In this document: piece by piece, positions 30,729-39,391 of the stretch
How the letters are laid out: each line of letters begins with the position of its first letter
Numbering within the stretch: position 1 is the stretch's first letter
DNA from: an uncultured Thermomicrobiales bacterium
GTDB lineage: Bacteria > Chloroflexota > Chloroflexia > Thermomicrobiales > CFX8
NCBI GenBank assembly: GCA_964462545.1
Contig: CAYWXR010000013.1
Span: 12,364-76,363 of the forward strand
Length of the DNA stretch: 64,000 bases
Reading direction: 5' to 3'
Notes under the pieces: model-generated
Database searches by the model: none
Told to the model about the DNA's origin: nothing
The model's input: the letters and a program-made list of their open reading frames with translations, nothing else
Program-made: the position numbers and the translations under genes

Positions 30729-33015
30729 GAAGCGCCGGCTGGAGATGGCAAAACCCGGCGAACGCCGGAGACGACCCAGGGACGGCGGCGACGAGATCAC
30801 TCTGTCTCGCCGGTTGCTGCTGGTCCGGGGAGCGGTCGCTGCCAGTTTTGTTGCGCTGGGTGCCAAGCTCTGGCAGATGCAAATTGTTGAAGGCACCACC
30901 TACGAGGATGTCCAGGAAGGCAATTCGCTCCGCTTTGAGCGATTGAAAGCTGCCCGTGGACGAATTGTCGACCGGGCAGGTCGCCCCCTCGCCGAAAACC
31001 GGCGTAGCTGGACGGTGAGAATCTCGCCGAATCAGTTGCCCGCTGATGCAGCAGAGCGTGAGCACGTTCTGGAGACACTGGCTGCCACCCTGAACCTCGG
31101 GCATGCCGTTGCACTTGATCGTGCCAAGGTGCCGATTGGTTCCGAGGCAGCGATTTGCGGCGCCGTTGCCGGGAAGGTCGGCATCGACCAGGAGCAGTTG
31201 CTCTTCCAGATCACCCGGAAGAATGTCATTCTGGTGCCGATCAAACTCGACCTGGAAGAGGCCGCTGCCCATGAAATGGCGACCAACCTCAAGGATGTTC
31301 CAGGTGTGGTCACGCTCTCAATGCTGGACTATGCGCTGACGATTCATGGTTACTCCGAGCTTCCGGTCATTGTGAAGCGGGATGTCGACCGGGATACGGC
31401 CATGACGGTGGCGGCCAATGCGTTGCGACTGCCGGGCGTTATGGTGGACGATGACGAACTGATCCGTCAGTATCCGGGCGGGGTCGAGTTTTCCCACGTG
31501 CTGGGCTACGTCGGGCCGATCTCCGAAGAGGAGTACAACGCCGCCACCACTGCCACCGGTACGCGCATTTACGATCAGGACGACAACGTCGGGCGCGGTG
31601 GTGTCGAGGAAGCACTCGAACAGGAACTTCGTGGTACCAAGGGCGGACGTTGGGTTCAGGTCGACTCGGCCGGTGTTGAACGCTTCGAGCTCATGGACGA
31701 ACGCCGCAATCCGGTCTCCGGTCTGAGTGTCCAGTTGACCATCGACCAGCAGTTCCAGCGAGCCGTCGCCCTGGCGCTGAAGGAAGGCATCGAGCATGCC
31801 GACCGGGAAGCGATCAAGGAAGGCCGCGAGCGCGTCGGCGCGGGCGTGGCGATGGCGATGAATCCTCAGAACGGGGAGATCATGGCCATGGTTTCGTTGC
31901 CGACCTTTGATAACCGGGACTTCATTGGTGGCATCTCGGAAGAAAAGTACCGGGAGTACCTGAACGTTGATGAAGAGGGCAAGGAACGGGAAACCGACAA
32001 CTTCCAGCCGTTGCTGAACCGTGCCATTTCGGGACTCTATGCGCCCGGCTCGGTCATCAAGCCGCTGATCGCCTGTGCTGCCCTGCAATCCGGCACGATC
32101 ACGCCGGAGGACAAGTTCGAATGTTTCGGCAGGATGCGGGTTCCCTGGACCTGGGATGAGAGCCAGGGCAACGACTACGTTTGCTGGGTGCCGCAAGGTC
32201 ACGGTGAGGTGGACGTCTACCAAAGTCTTTCCGAGTCCTGTGACATCTTCTATTACAACGTCGGTGCCAAGGGTGGTCAGCCGGAAGACGCACCGCCGAA
32301 CGCTGACGATGTGCACTACTACAACCCAGGCGATCCGACCCGACACTACTTCCGCGGCATGGGTATTGCTGAACTCGCGCGGTATTTGCGTGAGGTGTTC
32401 GGCTACGGCCAGCGGACCGGCATTGAGCTTTCCGGCGAGGCAGAGGGTGTTGTGCCGGACGATGAGTGGTTGCTCCGGGAACTCGGTGAGAACTGGTCCA
32501 TTGGTGACACGATCAACGTTTCCATCGGTCAGGGCCACCTGTTGAACACTCCAATCCAGATGCTGAATGCTACAGCGGCAATCGCCAATGGTGGTTCGCT
32601 CTATCGACCCCGTCTGATCAAGGCGCTCACTCGTGAGGATGGCACCGTGGTCCGGGAGTACCCGCCGAAGCTGTTGCGGGAACTCCAGATTGACCCGAAG
32701 TTCATCGACATTGTGCGAGAGGGCATGCGCAGGACGATTACTGATCCCAGTGGCACCGGGCACGGCATTATCACGGTTACCGATCCGCCAATTGCCGGCA
32801 AGAGTGGTACGGCCGAATACGGTATCGCCGTCGATGGGCGCTACGCGAAGTCGCACGCCTGGTTTACGGCATTCGGGCCGTACGACAACCCGGAAATCTG
32901 TGTTGCAGTGCTGATTGTGACCGGAGGCGCAGGTTCCCAGTTTGCCGGTCCGGTTGCCAACCGGATTCTTGAAGAGTATTTCCACGGCAGCTGGCGGGGT
33001 GATTCACAGGCATAG
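30718..33015 (+). CDS. mrdA: Penicillin-binding protein 2 (elongasome class B transpeptidase)
   Basis: 765 aa. N-terminal TM helix, dimerisation domain, transpeptidase motifs SVIKP, SIGQG-type and KSGTA. Start is GTG 30718 or ATG 30745. Confidence 0.9.
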   Translation: MFRKKRRLEMAKPGERRRRPRDGGDEITLSRRLLLVRGAVAASFVALGAKLWQMQIVEGTTYEDVQEGNSLRFERLKAARGRIVDRAGRPLAENRRSWTVRISPNQLPADAAEREHVLETLAATLNLGHAVALDRAKVPIGSEAAICGAVAGKVGIDQEQLLFQITRKNVILVPIKLDLEEAAAHEMATNLKDVPGVVTLSMLDYALTIHGYSELPVIVKRDVDRDTAMTVAANALRLPGVMVDDDELIRQYPGGVEFSHVLGYVGPISEEEYNAATTATGTRIYDQDDNVGRGGVEEALEQELRGTKGGRWVQVDSAGVERFELMDERRNPVSGLSVQLTIDQQFQRAVALALKEGIEHADREAIKEGRERVGAGVAMAMNPQNGEIMAMVSLPTFDNRDFIGGISEEKYREYLNVDEEGKERETDNFQPLLNRAISGLYAPGSVIKPLIACAALQSGTITPEDKFECFGRMRVPWTWDESQGNDYVCWVPQGHGEVDVYQSLSESCDIFYYNVGAKGGQPEDAPPNADDVHYYNPGDPTRHYFRGMGIAELARYLREVFGYGQRTGIELSGEAEGVVPDDEWLLRELGENWSIGDTINVSIGQGHLLNTPIQMLNATAAIANGGSLYRPRLIKALTREDGTVVREYPPKLLRELQIDPKFIDIVREGMRRTITDPSGTGHGIITVTDPPIAGKSGTAEYGIAVDGRYAKSHAWFTAFGPYDNPEICVAVLIVTGGAGSQFAGPVANRILEEYFHGSWRGDSQA

Positions 33016-33040
33016 GCCCGATCCAATACGATCAGCACTC

Positions 33041-33069
33041 ACAAGGGAGAGGCGGGGCCTCTCCCTTGT
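33041..33069 (+). terminator. Strong hairpin after mrdA (probable terminator, no clear T-tract)
   Basis: ACAAGGGAGAGG / CCTCTCCCTTGT, 12-bp stem with a 5-nt loop, 26 nt after the mrdA stop. Confidence 0.5.
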
Positions 33070-33180
33070 CGTATCCAGCCCTGCATGTTTTCCTCTACAC
33101 GCTCCCGGGCACCCCGTTTTCGGGGGAGAAATGGCATCGTTTCACCGGGATATCGGACAGGTATTGAAGGGATAACGTCG

Positions 33181-33609
33181 GTGTCTGCAATCGGACCGAT
33201 TCATCATATCGGGATCATTGTTTCTGACCTGGAGGCCGCAGCGGATAAGTACCGGGCGATGGGGTTCATCCCGGGAGAGATCGAGCGAGTCGAAAGTCAG
33301 AACATTGCTGCCATTGCCATGCGGGCCGGCGATAGCTGGATCGAACTGGTAACGCCACTGGACCACGACTCCCCGCTGGGGCGCTTCCTTGATTCACGTG
33401 GTGAAGGTATGCACCATGTTGCCTACCTGGTTGATGACATTGATGCGACGCTGGCCAGTCTGGCCGAAGCGGGAGTGGAACTGATCGACACGACCTCGCG
33501 GATCGGGTTGCATAACTGGCGGGTTGCGTTCATTCATCCGCGTGCGTGTGCCGGGGTGCTCACCGAGTTGGTTCAGCGAGACAGTACAATGACGGGCGAC
33601 ACTAACTGA
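33181..33609 (+). CDS. Methylmalonyl-CoA epimerase (VOC/glyoxalase family)
   Basis: Lies in ORF 33085-33609. GTG 33181 is preceded by [21 protein letters not shown] ... [14 protein letters not shown] is typical of the epimerase, and it is next to the mutase. Confidence 0.8.
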   Translation: MSAIGPIHHIGIIVSDLEAAADKYRAMGFIPGEIERVESQNIAAIAMRAGDSWIELVTPLDHDSPLGRFLDSRGEGMHHVAYLVDDIDATLASLAEAGVELIDTTSRIGLHNWRVAFIHPRACAGVLTELVQRDSTMTGDTN

Positions 33610-33634
33610 GCAGGTCGAGGAAGGCGAGGCAGCC

Positions 33635-35215
33635 ATGACCGCGCAGGACGTCGCACCGCAAGCGCGTGAAACGACATCCGGCATTCCTGTTGAACCAATC
33701 TATCGTGATACCGGCCGTCCACCGGAACCGGACGCCGGCGAGTATCCCTACACCCGTGGTGTGTACCCCGGTATGTACCGTGACCGGCTCTGGACCATGC
33801 GCCAGTATGCCGGCTTCTCATCGGCAGAAGAGACCAACGAACGCTTCAAATTGCTTCTGGCCCGTGGCCAGACAGGATTGAGCTGTGCGTTCGACCTGCC
33901 GACCCAGCTTGGGCTGGACGCAGACGATGAACGTGCCCAGGCAGAGGTTGGACTGGTTGGGGTTTCGATCAGCACCCTCGACGATATGCGCCGGCTGACT
34001 GACGGCATTGCCCTCGACGAGGTAACCACCTCGATGACGATCAATGCCCCGGCGTCGCTACTGCTGCTGATGTATGCCATCGTTGCCGAGGAGCGCGGGG
34101 CGGATGTCTCGCGACTGGGCGGCACCATCCAGAACGACATTCTCAAGGAATACGCCGCACGAGGAACCTTCATCTTCCCGCCGCGGCCCTCGATGCGCCT
34201 GGTAACTGATACCTTCAGCTACTGCGCTACCAATATTCCACGCTGGAACACGATTTCGATCAGTGGCTATCACATCCGCGAGGCAGGTTCGACGGCTGTC
34301 CAGGAAGTGGCCTTTACGCTGAGCAACGGCGTGGCCTACGTCCAGGCGGCGCTGGATGCCGGGTTGGACGTGGATACCTTTGGACCACGGCTCTCCTTCT
34401 TCTTCAACGCACATTCCAACTTCCTCGAAGAGGTGGCGAAGTTCCGGGCGGCTCGCAGGATGTGGGCAAAGATCATGTCCGAGCGGTTCGGGGCGAAGAA
34501 CCCGCGCTCGCTGATGCTACGTTTCCACACCCAGACAGCCGGGTCTTCATTGACTGCCCAACAACCACTGAACAACGTCGTCCGCACCACATTACAGGCG
34601 CTGAGCGCGGTGCTCGGTGGCACCCAGTCGTTGCACACCAATGGATACGATGAGGCCCTTTCATTGCCGACCGAGCAGGCGGCGACGCTGGCGTTGCGCA
34701 CCCAGCAGATCATTGCCTACGAATCCGGCGTGGCCGATACGGTTGACCCGTTTGCCGGCTCCTATGCCGTCGAGGCCCTCACCGATGAAATCGAGCGTCG
34801 CGCGTTCGAGTTGATGGAACGGGTCGAAGAAGAGGGCGGTGCGGTTGCTGCCATCGAACGCGGATTCATTCAGGATGAGATTGCCGAGAGTGCGTTCGAG
34901 TGGGAGAAGCGGCTGGAGACGGGCGAAATCCGGATTGTCGGTGTGAACTTCCAGCGCGATGAGCACGAAACCGAAGTGCCGCTGCACCATATCGACCAGG
35001 AACAGGTAAAGCGGCAGATTGCCCGGACGCGGGCCTACAAGGAAGCCCAGGACGCTGAAGCAGTCCAGTCGGCACTGGCGGCCGTGCGATCGGCAGCCGA
35101 GGGCGATACCAACATGCTTGAGGTGATGAAAGTGGCATTGCTGGCCGGCGCAACGCTGGGCCAGATCTGCAATGCCCTGCGCGACGTCTGGGGCGAATAC
35201 CGGCCGGCGTTCTAA
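33635..35215 (+). CDS. Methylmalonyl-CoA mutase family, large (substrate-binding TIM barrel) subunit
   Basis: 526 aa. [25 protein letters not shown] and [10 protein letters not shown] motifs. It ends before any B12-binding domain (split-type mutase), and no B12-binding subunit is adjacent. Confidence 0.88.
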   Translation: MTAQDVAPQARETTSGIPVEPIYRDTGRPPEPDAGEYPYTRGVYPGMYRDRLWTMRQYAGFSSAEETNERFKLLLARGQTGLSCAFDLPTQLGLDADDERAQAEVGLVGVSISTLDDMRRLTDGIALDEVTTSMTINAPASLLLLMYAIVAEERGADVSRLGGTIQNDILKEYAARGTFIFPPRPSMRLVTDTFSYCATNIPRWNTISISGYHIREAGSTAVQEVAFTLSNGVAYVQAALDAGLDVDTFGPRLSFFFNAHSNFLEEVAKFRAARRMWAKIMSERFGAKNPRSLMLRFHTQTAGSSLTAQQPLNNVVRTTLQALSAVLGGTQSLHTNGYDEALSLPTEQAATLALRTQQIIAYESGVADTVDPFAGSYAVEALTDEIERRAFELMERVEEEGGAVAAIERGFIQDEIAESAFEWEKRLETGEIRIVGVNFQRDEHETEVPLHHIDQEQVKRQIARTRAYKEAQDAEAVQSALAAVRSAAEGDTNMLEVMKVALLAGATLGQICNALRDVWGEYRPAF

Positions 35216-35231
35216 CCGAGGGGATACTGGA

Positions 35232-36809
35232 TTGGCGATAGACGAAACGAAACCGGCCGCCGGGCTGAATGGTGGCCCGCATGAGTTGTTCCGCAAGAAG
35301 CTGGACGAAATCGCAGCGCAGGAAGCAGCGGCGATTGAGCGGCAATCCCGGCGCGGGAAGCTCTCGGCCCGCCAGCGAATCGACAAACTGGTTGACCCCG
35401 GTTCCTTCCTTGAACTGGATGGTCTGGTCCAGCACCGGGCAACGTTCGGTGGGCTGGATGCCCGCCACCCGATTGGCGACGGCGTCATCACCGGCATCGG
35501 CAGGGTGGATGGCCGCGAAGTCGCCATCTTCTCGCACGATTTCACGGCCTTCGGCGGATCGCTCGGTGAGGCGTTCGCCAACAAGAAGGTCAAGATTATG
35601 GACATGGCCCTGCGCATCGGTTGTCCGGTGATCGGGATCAACGATTCCGCCGGGGCACGCATCCAGGAAGGCGTTGAGGGGCTGGCCGGGTATGGCGAGG
35701 TCTTCTGGCGCAATGTCCAGGCAAGTGGTGTTGTTCCGCAGATTTCGATCATTGCTGGCCCATGCGCCGGTGGAGCAGTCTATTCGCCAGCGATGACTGA
35801 CTTCGTCTTCATGGCGCAGGACATCTCGCAAATGTTCATTACCGGTCCGGATGTCATCAAGACCGTTACCGGCGAGGAGATCACCCACGAGGAACTGGGC
35901 GGCGCGATGACCCATAACTCGGTTTCCGGTGTGGCGCATTTTGTCGCGCCGGACGAGTCCGAGCTGTTCGAGATGGTGCGCGACCTGCTGTCATTCCTGC
36001 CTTCAAATAACATCGAGGACGCGCCGGAATTCGGATTTGATGGTGATCCGGACGAGGAACTGCACGAACTGGACAGCATCATCCCGCCGAATCCGAACCA
36101 GCCCTACGACATGCACGACGTCATTTCCAGGATTGTCGATGACGGGGCGTTCCTGGAGGTGCAGCCACTCTGGGCCCGGAACATCATCATCGGGTTCAGC
36201 CGCCTTGGCGGTCGAACGATCGGTGTGGTTGCCAACCAGCCAAAGGTGCTGGCCGGCACGCTCGACATCGATGCCTCAACGAAAGCTGCCCGGTTTGTGC
36301 GGTTTTGCGATGCCTTCAACATCCCGTTGCTGACCTTTGTTGATGTGCCCGGGTTCCTGCCGGGCATCGATCAGGAGCACAACGGCATCATCCGGCACGG
36401 GTCCAAATTGCTCTATGCCTACTGCGAAGCGACTGTCCCGAAGATGACGGTCATTACCCGCAAGGCGTATGGCGGGGCCTATGTCGTGATGAGTTCGCGG
36501 TCGATCCGTTCGGATGTCTCCTTTGCCTGGCCGACTGCCGAGATTGCCGTGATGGGCTCCGATGCGGCGGTGCGCCTCATCTTCCGGCGGGAGATCGCGA
36601 CCGCTGCGAATCCGACCGAGCGCGAGCAGGAATTGATCGCCGAATACAAGCACCTCTTTGCGACGCCGTACCAGGCGGCGGGACGGGGACACATCGAGGC
36701 GGTCATCCAGCCCCGCGAGACCCGGAAGCGTCTCATCCGGTCGCTCGAAATGTTGCGCCACAAGCGCGAGCAGCGGCCGGATCGCAAGCATGGGAATATC
36801 CCGCTGTGA
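35232..36809 (+). CDS. Acyl-CoA carboxylase carboxyltransferase (beta) subunit, propionyl-CoA carboxylase-like
   Basis: Lies in ORF 35172-36809. TTG 35232 avoids overlap with the mutase gene. GKLSARQRIDKLVDPGSF, GINDSAGARIQEG and AYGGAYVVM motifs. Confidence 0.88.
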   Translation: MAIDETKPAAGLNGGPHELFRKKLDEIAAQEAAAIERQSRRGKLSARQRIDKLVDPGSFLELDGLVQHRATFGGLDARHPIGDGVITGIGRVDGREVAIFSHDFTAFGGSLGEAFANKKVKIMDMALRIGCPVIGINDSAGARIQEGVEGLAGYGEVFWRNVQASGVVPQISIIAGPCAGGAVYSPAMTDFVFMAQDISQMFITGPDVIKTVTGEEITHEELGGAMTHNSVSGVAHFVAPDESELFEMVRDLLSFLPSNNIEDAPEFGFDGDPDEELHELDSIIPPNPNQPYDMHDVISRIVDDGAFLEVQPLWARNIIIGFSRLGGRTIGVVANQPKVLAGTLDIDASTKAARFVRFCDAFNIPLLTFVDVPGFLPGIDQEHNGIIRHGSKLLYAYCEATVPKMTVITRKAYGGAYVVMSSRSIRSDVSFAWPTAEIAVMGSDAAVRLIFRREIATAANPTEREQELIAEYKHLFATPYQAAGRGHIEAVIQPRETRKRLIRSLEMLRHKREQRPDRKHGNIPL

Positions 36810-37000
36810 CGGAGAAGAAGATCCGGGTGATCGGGCCGGCGCGCCCGGAGGTCATTGCAGTGATTACCGCCGCACTGGTTTCCCGGCAGCGTGCGAAACA
36901 GGACACAGAAACCGGCTCGACGTGGGCACAGGCAGCGCGCCCCCGGCGGACGTGGTCGGGGCGTGGCAGTGGCCGCTGGCAAGACGGATTGAAGAGATAG
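36806..37000 (+). CDS. Probable acyl-CoA carboxylase epsilon subunit
   Basis: 64 aa with a GTGA overlap with the beta-subunit stop. MTEKKIRVIGPARPEVIAVITAAL resembles the IRVVRG..P..EELAA N-terminus of actinobacterial epsilon subunits. Sits between the beta and alpha subunits. Confidence 0.5.
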   Translation: MTEKKIRVIGPARPEVIAVITAALVSRQRAKQDTETGSTWAQAARPRRTWSGRGSGRWQDGLKR

Positions 37001-37006
37001 CAGGCG

Positions 37007-38773
37007 TTGATGAAGCAGATAACCAGACCAATCAAGTCGGTGCTTGTCGCCAACCGTGGCGAGATTGCCTTGCGGATCATGCGAGCGTGCAAGGAAGAAG
37101 GCTTATGCACAATCGCGGTCGTAAGCGCCGACGAGGGTGATCCGGTCCATAGCCGCTATGCCGACCAGTCGGTGACCCTGGTATCCGACCAACCGCTGCC
37201 ATACCTCGATAGTGCTGCCATCCTGCGGGCGGCTACCGAAGCCGGGGCAGACGCCATTCACCCAGGCTACGGATTTCTGGCGGAGAACAGCCAGTTTGCT
37301 ATGGATTGTGAAGCGGCAGGGTTTATCTTCATCGGGCCACCGGCGTCAGCTATTCATGCAATGGGTGACAAGGTTCGTGCCCGCGAGATTGCCGTGCAGG
37401 CCGGCGTGCCGCTGGTGCCGGGCAGTGATGGCCCCGTGGATGCGGCCGGGGCGAAAGCGTTCGGCGAGCAGCATGGCTATCCACTCGCGCTGAAGGCCAG
37501 TGCCGGCGGTGGTGGACGAGGTTTCCGGGTCGCACGGTCTGCCGAAGAGATCGAGGATGCCTGGGCTGCTGCCAGCGGTGAGGCCCAGCGCTATTTCAAC
37601 GATCCGACAGTCTACGTTGAACGCTATCTCGACCAGCCTCGACATGTCGAAATTCAGGTGATGGCCGATACCCACGGCAACGTCTTCGGGATGGGCGAGC
37701 GCGATTGCTCCATCCAGCGACGTCACCAGAAACTGGTAGAGGAGAGCCCATCTCCGGCGCTCGATGAAGCCATGCGCGCTGCGATGAATGACACTGCCGA
37801 ACGTCTGGCGCGTGCGGTCGGCTATACCGGTGCCGGCACCGTCGAGTTCCTGGTGCATGGCAGCGAGTTCTATTTCCTCGAAATGAATACCCGCGTCCAG
37901 GTCGAGCATCCGGTAACGGAAGAGGTGACCGGAATCGACATCGTGCGTGAGCAAATCCGGGTCGCGGCCGGTTTGCCACTTTCGTTCAACCAGCGTCCGG
38001 CGCTGCTGGGGCACGCTATCGAGGTGCGAGTCAATGCCGAGGACCCGGGGAGAGGATTCGCTCCGACGCCTGGAAAGCTCCTTTCGTTCAGCCCACCATC
38101 CGGCTTTGGAGTCCGGGTAGATACTGGTTTCGAGGCTGGTGGCGAGGTTGATCCACGGTTTGACAACCTGATCGCCAAACTGATTGTCCGTGGCCGTGAC
38201 CGGAACGAGGCCCTTTCTCGCCTGAGCAGGGCGCTGGATGACTTTACGGTCGATGGTGTTGCCACCACGATCCCGCTGTTCAAGGCTCTGTTACGGACTC
38301 CCGAGTTTGTGAGCGGTAGTTACGACACCGGGTATCTGGAACGCAGCGGACTTCCGGAACGCATTACACCGTTTGATCCTGTGGCCGATGCAGAAGATGA
38401 TGGTGAGGAAATCGTTGTCCGGGTGGACGGGCGTCCGTACCGGGTAGTTGTGCCGTCCGGTTGGAGTGGTGGTGGCAGTGCCGCGAAATCTCCGGTGCGC
38501 CGGGCTACCGGAAGCCGGTCGTCGGCGACCGTCAATGCACCCGCCGGCAACGATCTGAAGAGCCCAATTCAGGGAACGGTGCTGTCGATTGCTGTTGAAC
38601 CGGGCCAGGCGGTATCTGCCGGGCAACTGGTTTGCATCATCGAGGCGATGAAGATGGAGAACGAGATCACCGCCCACCGTGATGGCGTGATCACGTCAAT
38701 CGAGGTCGCCCCCGGCCAGGCAGTCAAGACCGGCGCCCTGCTCGCCGTGATCGGAGACTCCCCGGAAGGGTAA
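37007..38773 (+). CDS. Acetyl/propionyl-CoA carboxylase alpha subunit (biotin carboxylase + BCCP domains)
   Basis: 588 aa. VLVANRGEIALRI, ATP-grasp core, C-terminal biotinyl motif EAMKMEN. Confidence 0.92.
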   Translation: MMKQITRPIKSVLVANRGEIALRIMRACKEEGLCTIAVVSADEGDPVHSRYADQSVTLVSDQPLPYLDSAAILRAATEAGADAIHPGYGFLAENSQFAMDCEAAGFIFIGPPASAIHAMGDKVRAREIAVQAGVPLVPGSDGPVDAAGAKAFGEQHGYPLALKASAGGGGRGFRVARSAEEIEDAWAAASGEAQRYFNDPTVYVERYLDQPRHVEIQVMADTHGNVFGMGERDCSIQRRHQKLVEESPSPALDEAMRAAMNDTAERLARAVGYTGAGTVEFLVHGSEFYFLEMNTRVQVEHPVTEEVTGIDIVREQIRVAAGLPLSFNQRPALLGHAIEVRVNAEDPGRGFAPTPGKLLSFSPPSGFGVRVDTGFEAGGEVDPRFDNLIAKLIVRGRDRNEALSRLSRALDDFTVDGVATTIPLFKALLRTPEFVSGSYDTGYLERSGLPERITPFDPVADAEDDGEEIVVRVDGRPYRVVVPSGWSGGGSAAKSPVRRATGSRSSATVNAPAGNDLKSPIQGTVLSIAVEPGQAVSAGQLVCIIEAMKMENEITAHRDGVITSIEVAPGQAVKTGALLAVIGDSPEG

Positions 38774-38793
38774 GGGCGCATTGCGATGCGTCC
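38774..38793 (+). terminator. Hairpin directly after the carboxylase alpha-subunit stop (weak terminator candidate)
   Basis: GGGCGCAT / ATGCGTCC, 8-bp stem (one G-U) with a TGCG loop. No T-tract. Confidence 0.3.
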
Positions 38794-38840
38794 GCCGGCA
38801 ACTCCATAGGCGCCCAGCAAGAGGAACCGACGTTGGTTTG

Positions 38841-38903
38841 CATCCTGAACGGAGTGAGGGATCCGTCCTCTCAGGAACCGGACCCCTCACTCCGTTCGGG
38901 ATG
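38841..38903. repeat. Extragenic inverted repeat (20-bp arms, 23-nt spacer)
   Basis: CATCCTGAACGGAGTGAGGG ... CCCTCACTCCGTTCGGGATG, one mismatch. The arm sequence is related to the 39061 element and to the 60.1-60.7 kb array. Confidence 0.8.
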
Positions 38904-39060
38904 ACGATCGACCGTCGCCACTCTTCCCCATAGAGGTAGTGGCGCATTGCACTGTGTCCGCCTTCCAGTGCAGGAATGGTCGATCAGAAGTGACACTGTT
39001 CAAACCGTCGTCCGGGGCGTAACCGGGGGATGCGACGACGTGCGTCATACCTCTCGTCGG

Positions 39061-39092
39061 TCGAGATCCCTCCACTCCGGTCGGGATGACAG
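39061..39092. repeat. Solo copy of the same extragenic repeat family
   Basis: TCGAGATCCCTCCACTCCGGTCGGGATGACAGG. Compare GAGATCTCTCCATTCCGCTCCGCTCCAGTCGAGATGACAGG at 60123. Confidence 0.7.
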
Positions 39093-39268
39093 GAAAACGA
39101 TCGTGAGTGATCCTGGCGTCGCATGCATCCAAACGGCGTTCGCTCGGTACCTGGTGCATCGCAATGATTTCCTTCCTGGTTGATGTCATGCCAGGTGCGT
39201 TTGTCTCCTCTTCAGCAGACTCCCTGATCGTTCATCACCACTCGACTGACACTCCGGAATAGTCGTCG

Positions 39269-39289
39269 CAGGGTTGTACGTACACCCTG
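39269..39289. promoter_or_regulatory. Palindromic operator candidate, copy C (CAGGGTTGTACGTACACCCTG)
   Basis: Contains the perfect 10-bp palindrome TGTACGTACA (39275-39284). The flanks form a longer imperfect palindrome with a 1-nt indel. Overlaps the predicted -35 of the mraZ promoter. Confidence 0.5.
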
Positions 39290-39302
39290 AAACCGCTATA
39301 CT
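39274..39302 (+). promoter_or_regulatory. Candidate dcw (mraZ) promoter
   Basis: TTGTAC (39274-39279), 17-nt spacer, TATACT (39297-39302), about 90 nt upstream of the mraZ ATG. Pattern match only. Confidence 0.45.
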
Positions 39303-39353
39303 GTGGATAACGGTGGGGTGTTGTGGGGATAAGTGGGGCATGTTGTGGATAAC
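39303..39353 (+). promoter_or_regulatory. Phased GTGG(G/A) direct repeats: probable MraZ operator (outer copies equal DnaA-box 9-mers)
   Basis: GTGG starts at 39303, 39313, 39323, 39333 and 39345 (spacing 10, 10, 10, 12). Sequence: GTGGATAACG GTGGGGTGTT GTGGGGATAA GTGGGGCATGTT GTGGATAACA. TGTGGATAA occurs at 39302 and 39344. Confidence 0.6.
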
Positions 39354-39391
39354 AACGGCGCCATTGACTTCCCGGAGATAGCGGAGCACCG

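Noticed and set aside
31318-32985. 555-aa minus-strand ORF opposite mrdA. Similar long antisense ORFs lie at 41683-43014 (ftsI), 19514-20851 (gatA), 11812-13032 (murA), 26241-27455 (mreC/murT) and 34661-35939 (mutase/carboxylase).
   Set aside because: Each lies opposite a well-supported conserved gene and has a skewed Arg/Gly/His-rich composition. None has a Shine-Dalgarno or known motifs. These are GC-driven shadow ORFs.
39302-39353. Chromosomal replication origin, suggested by two perfect DnaA boxes.
   Set aside because: There are only two boxes and no AT-rich unwinding element. There is no dnaA or dnaN nearby, and genes on both sides run in the same (+) direction, so there is no strand switch. 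The boxes coincide with phased MraZ-type repeats, which better explain them.
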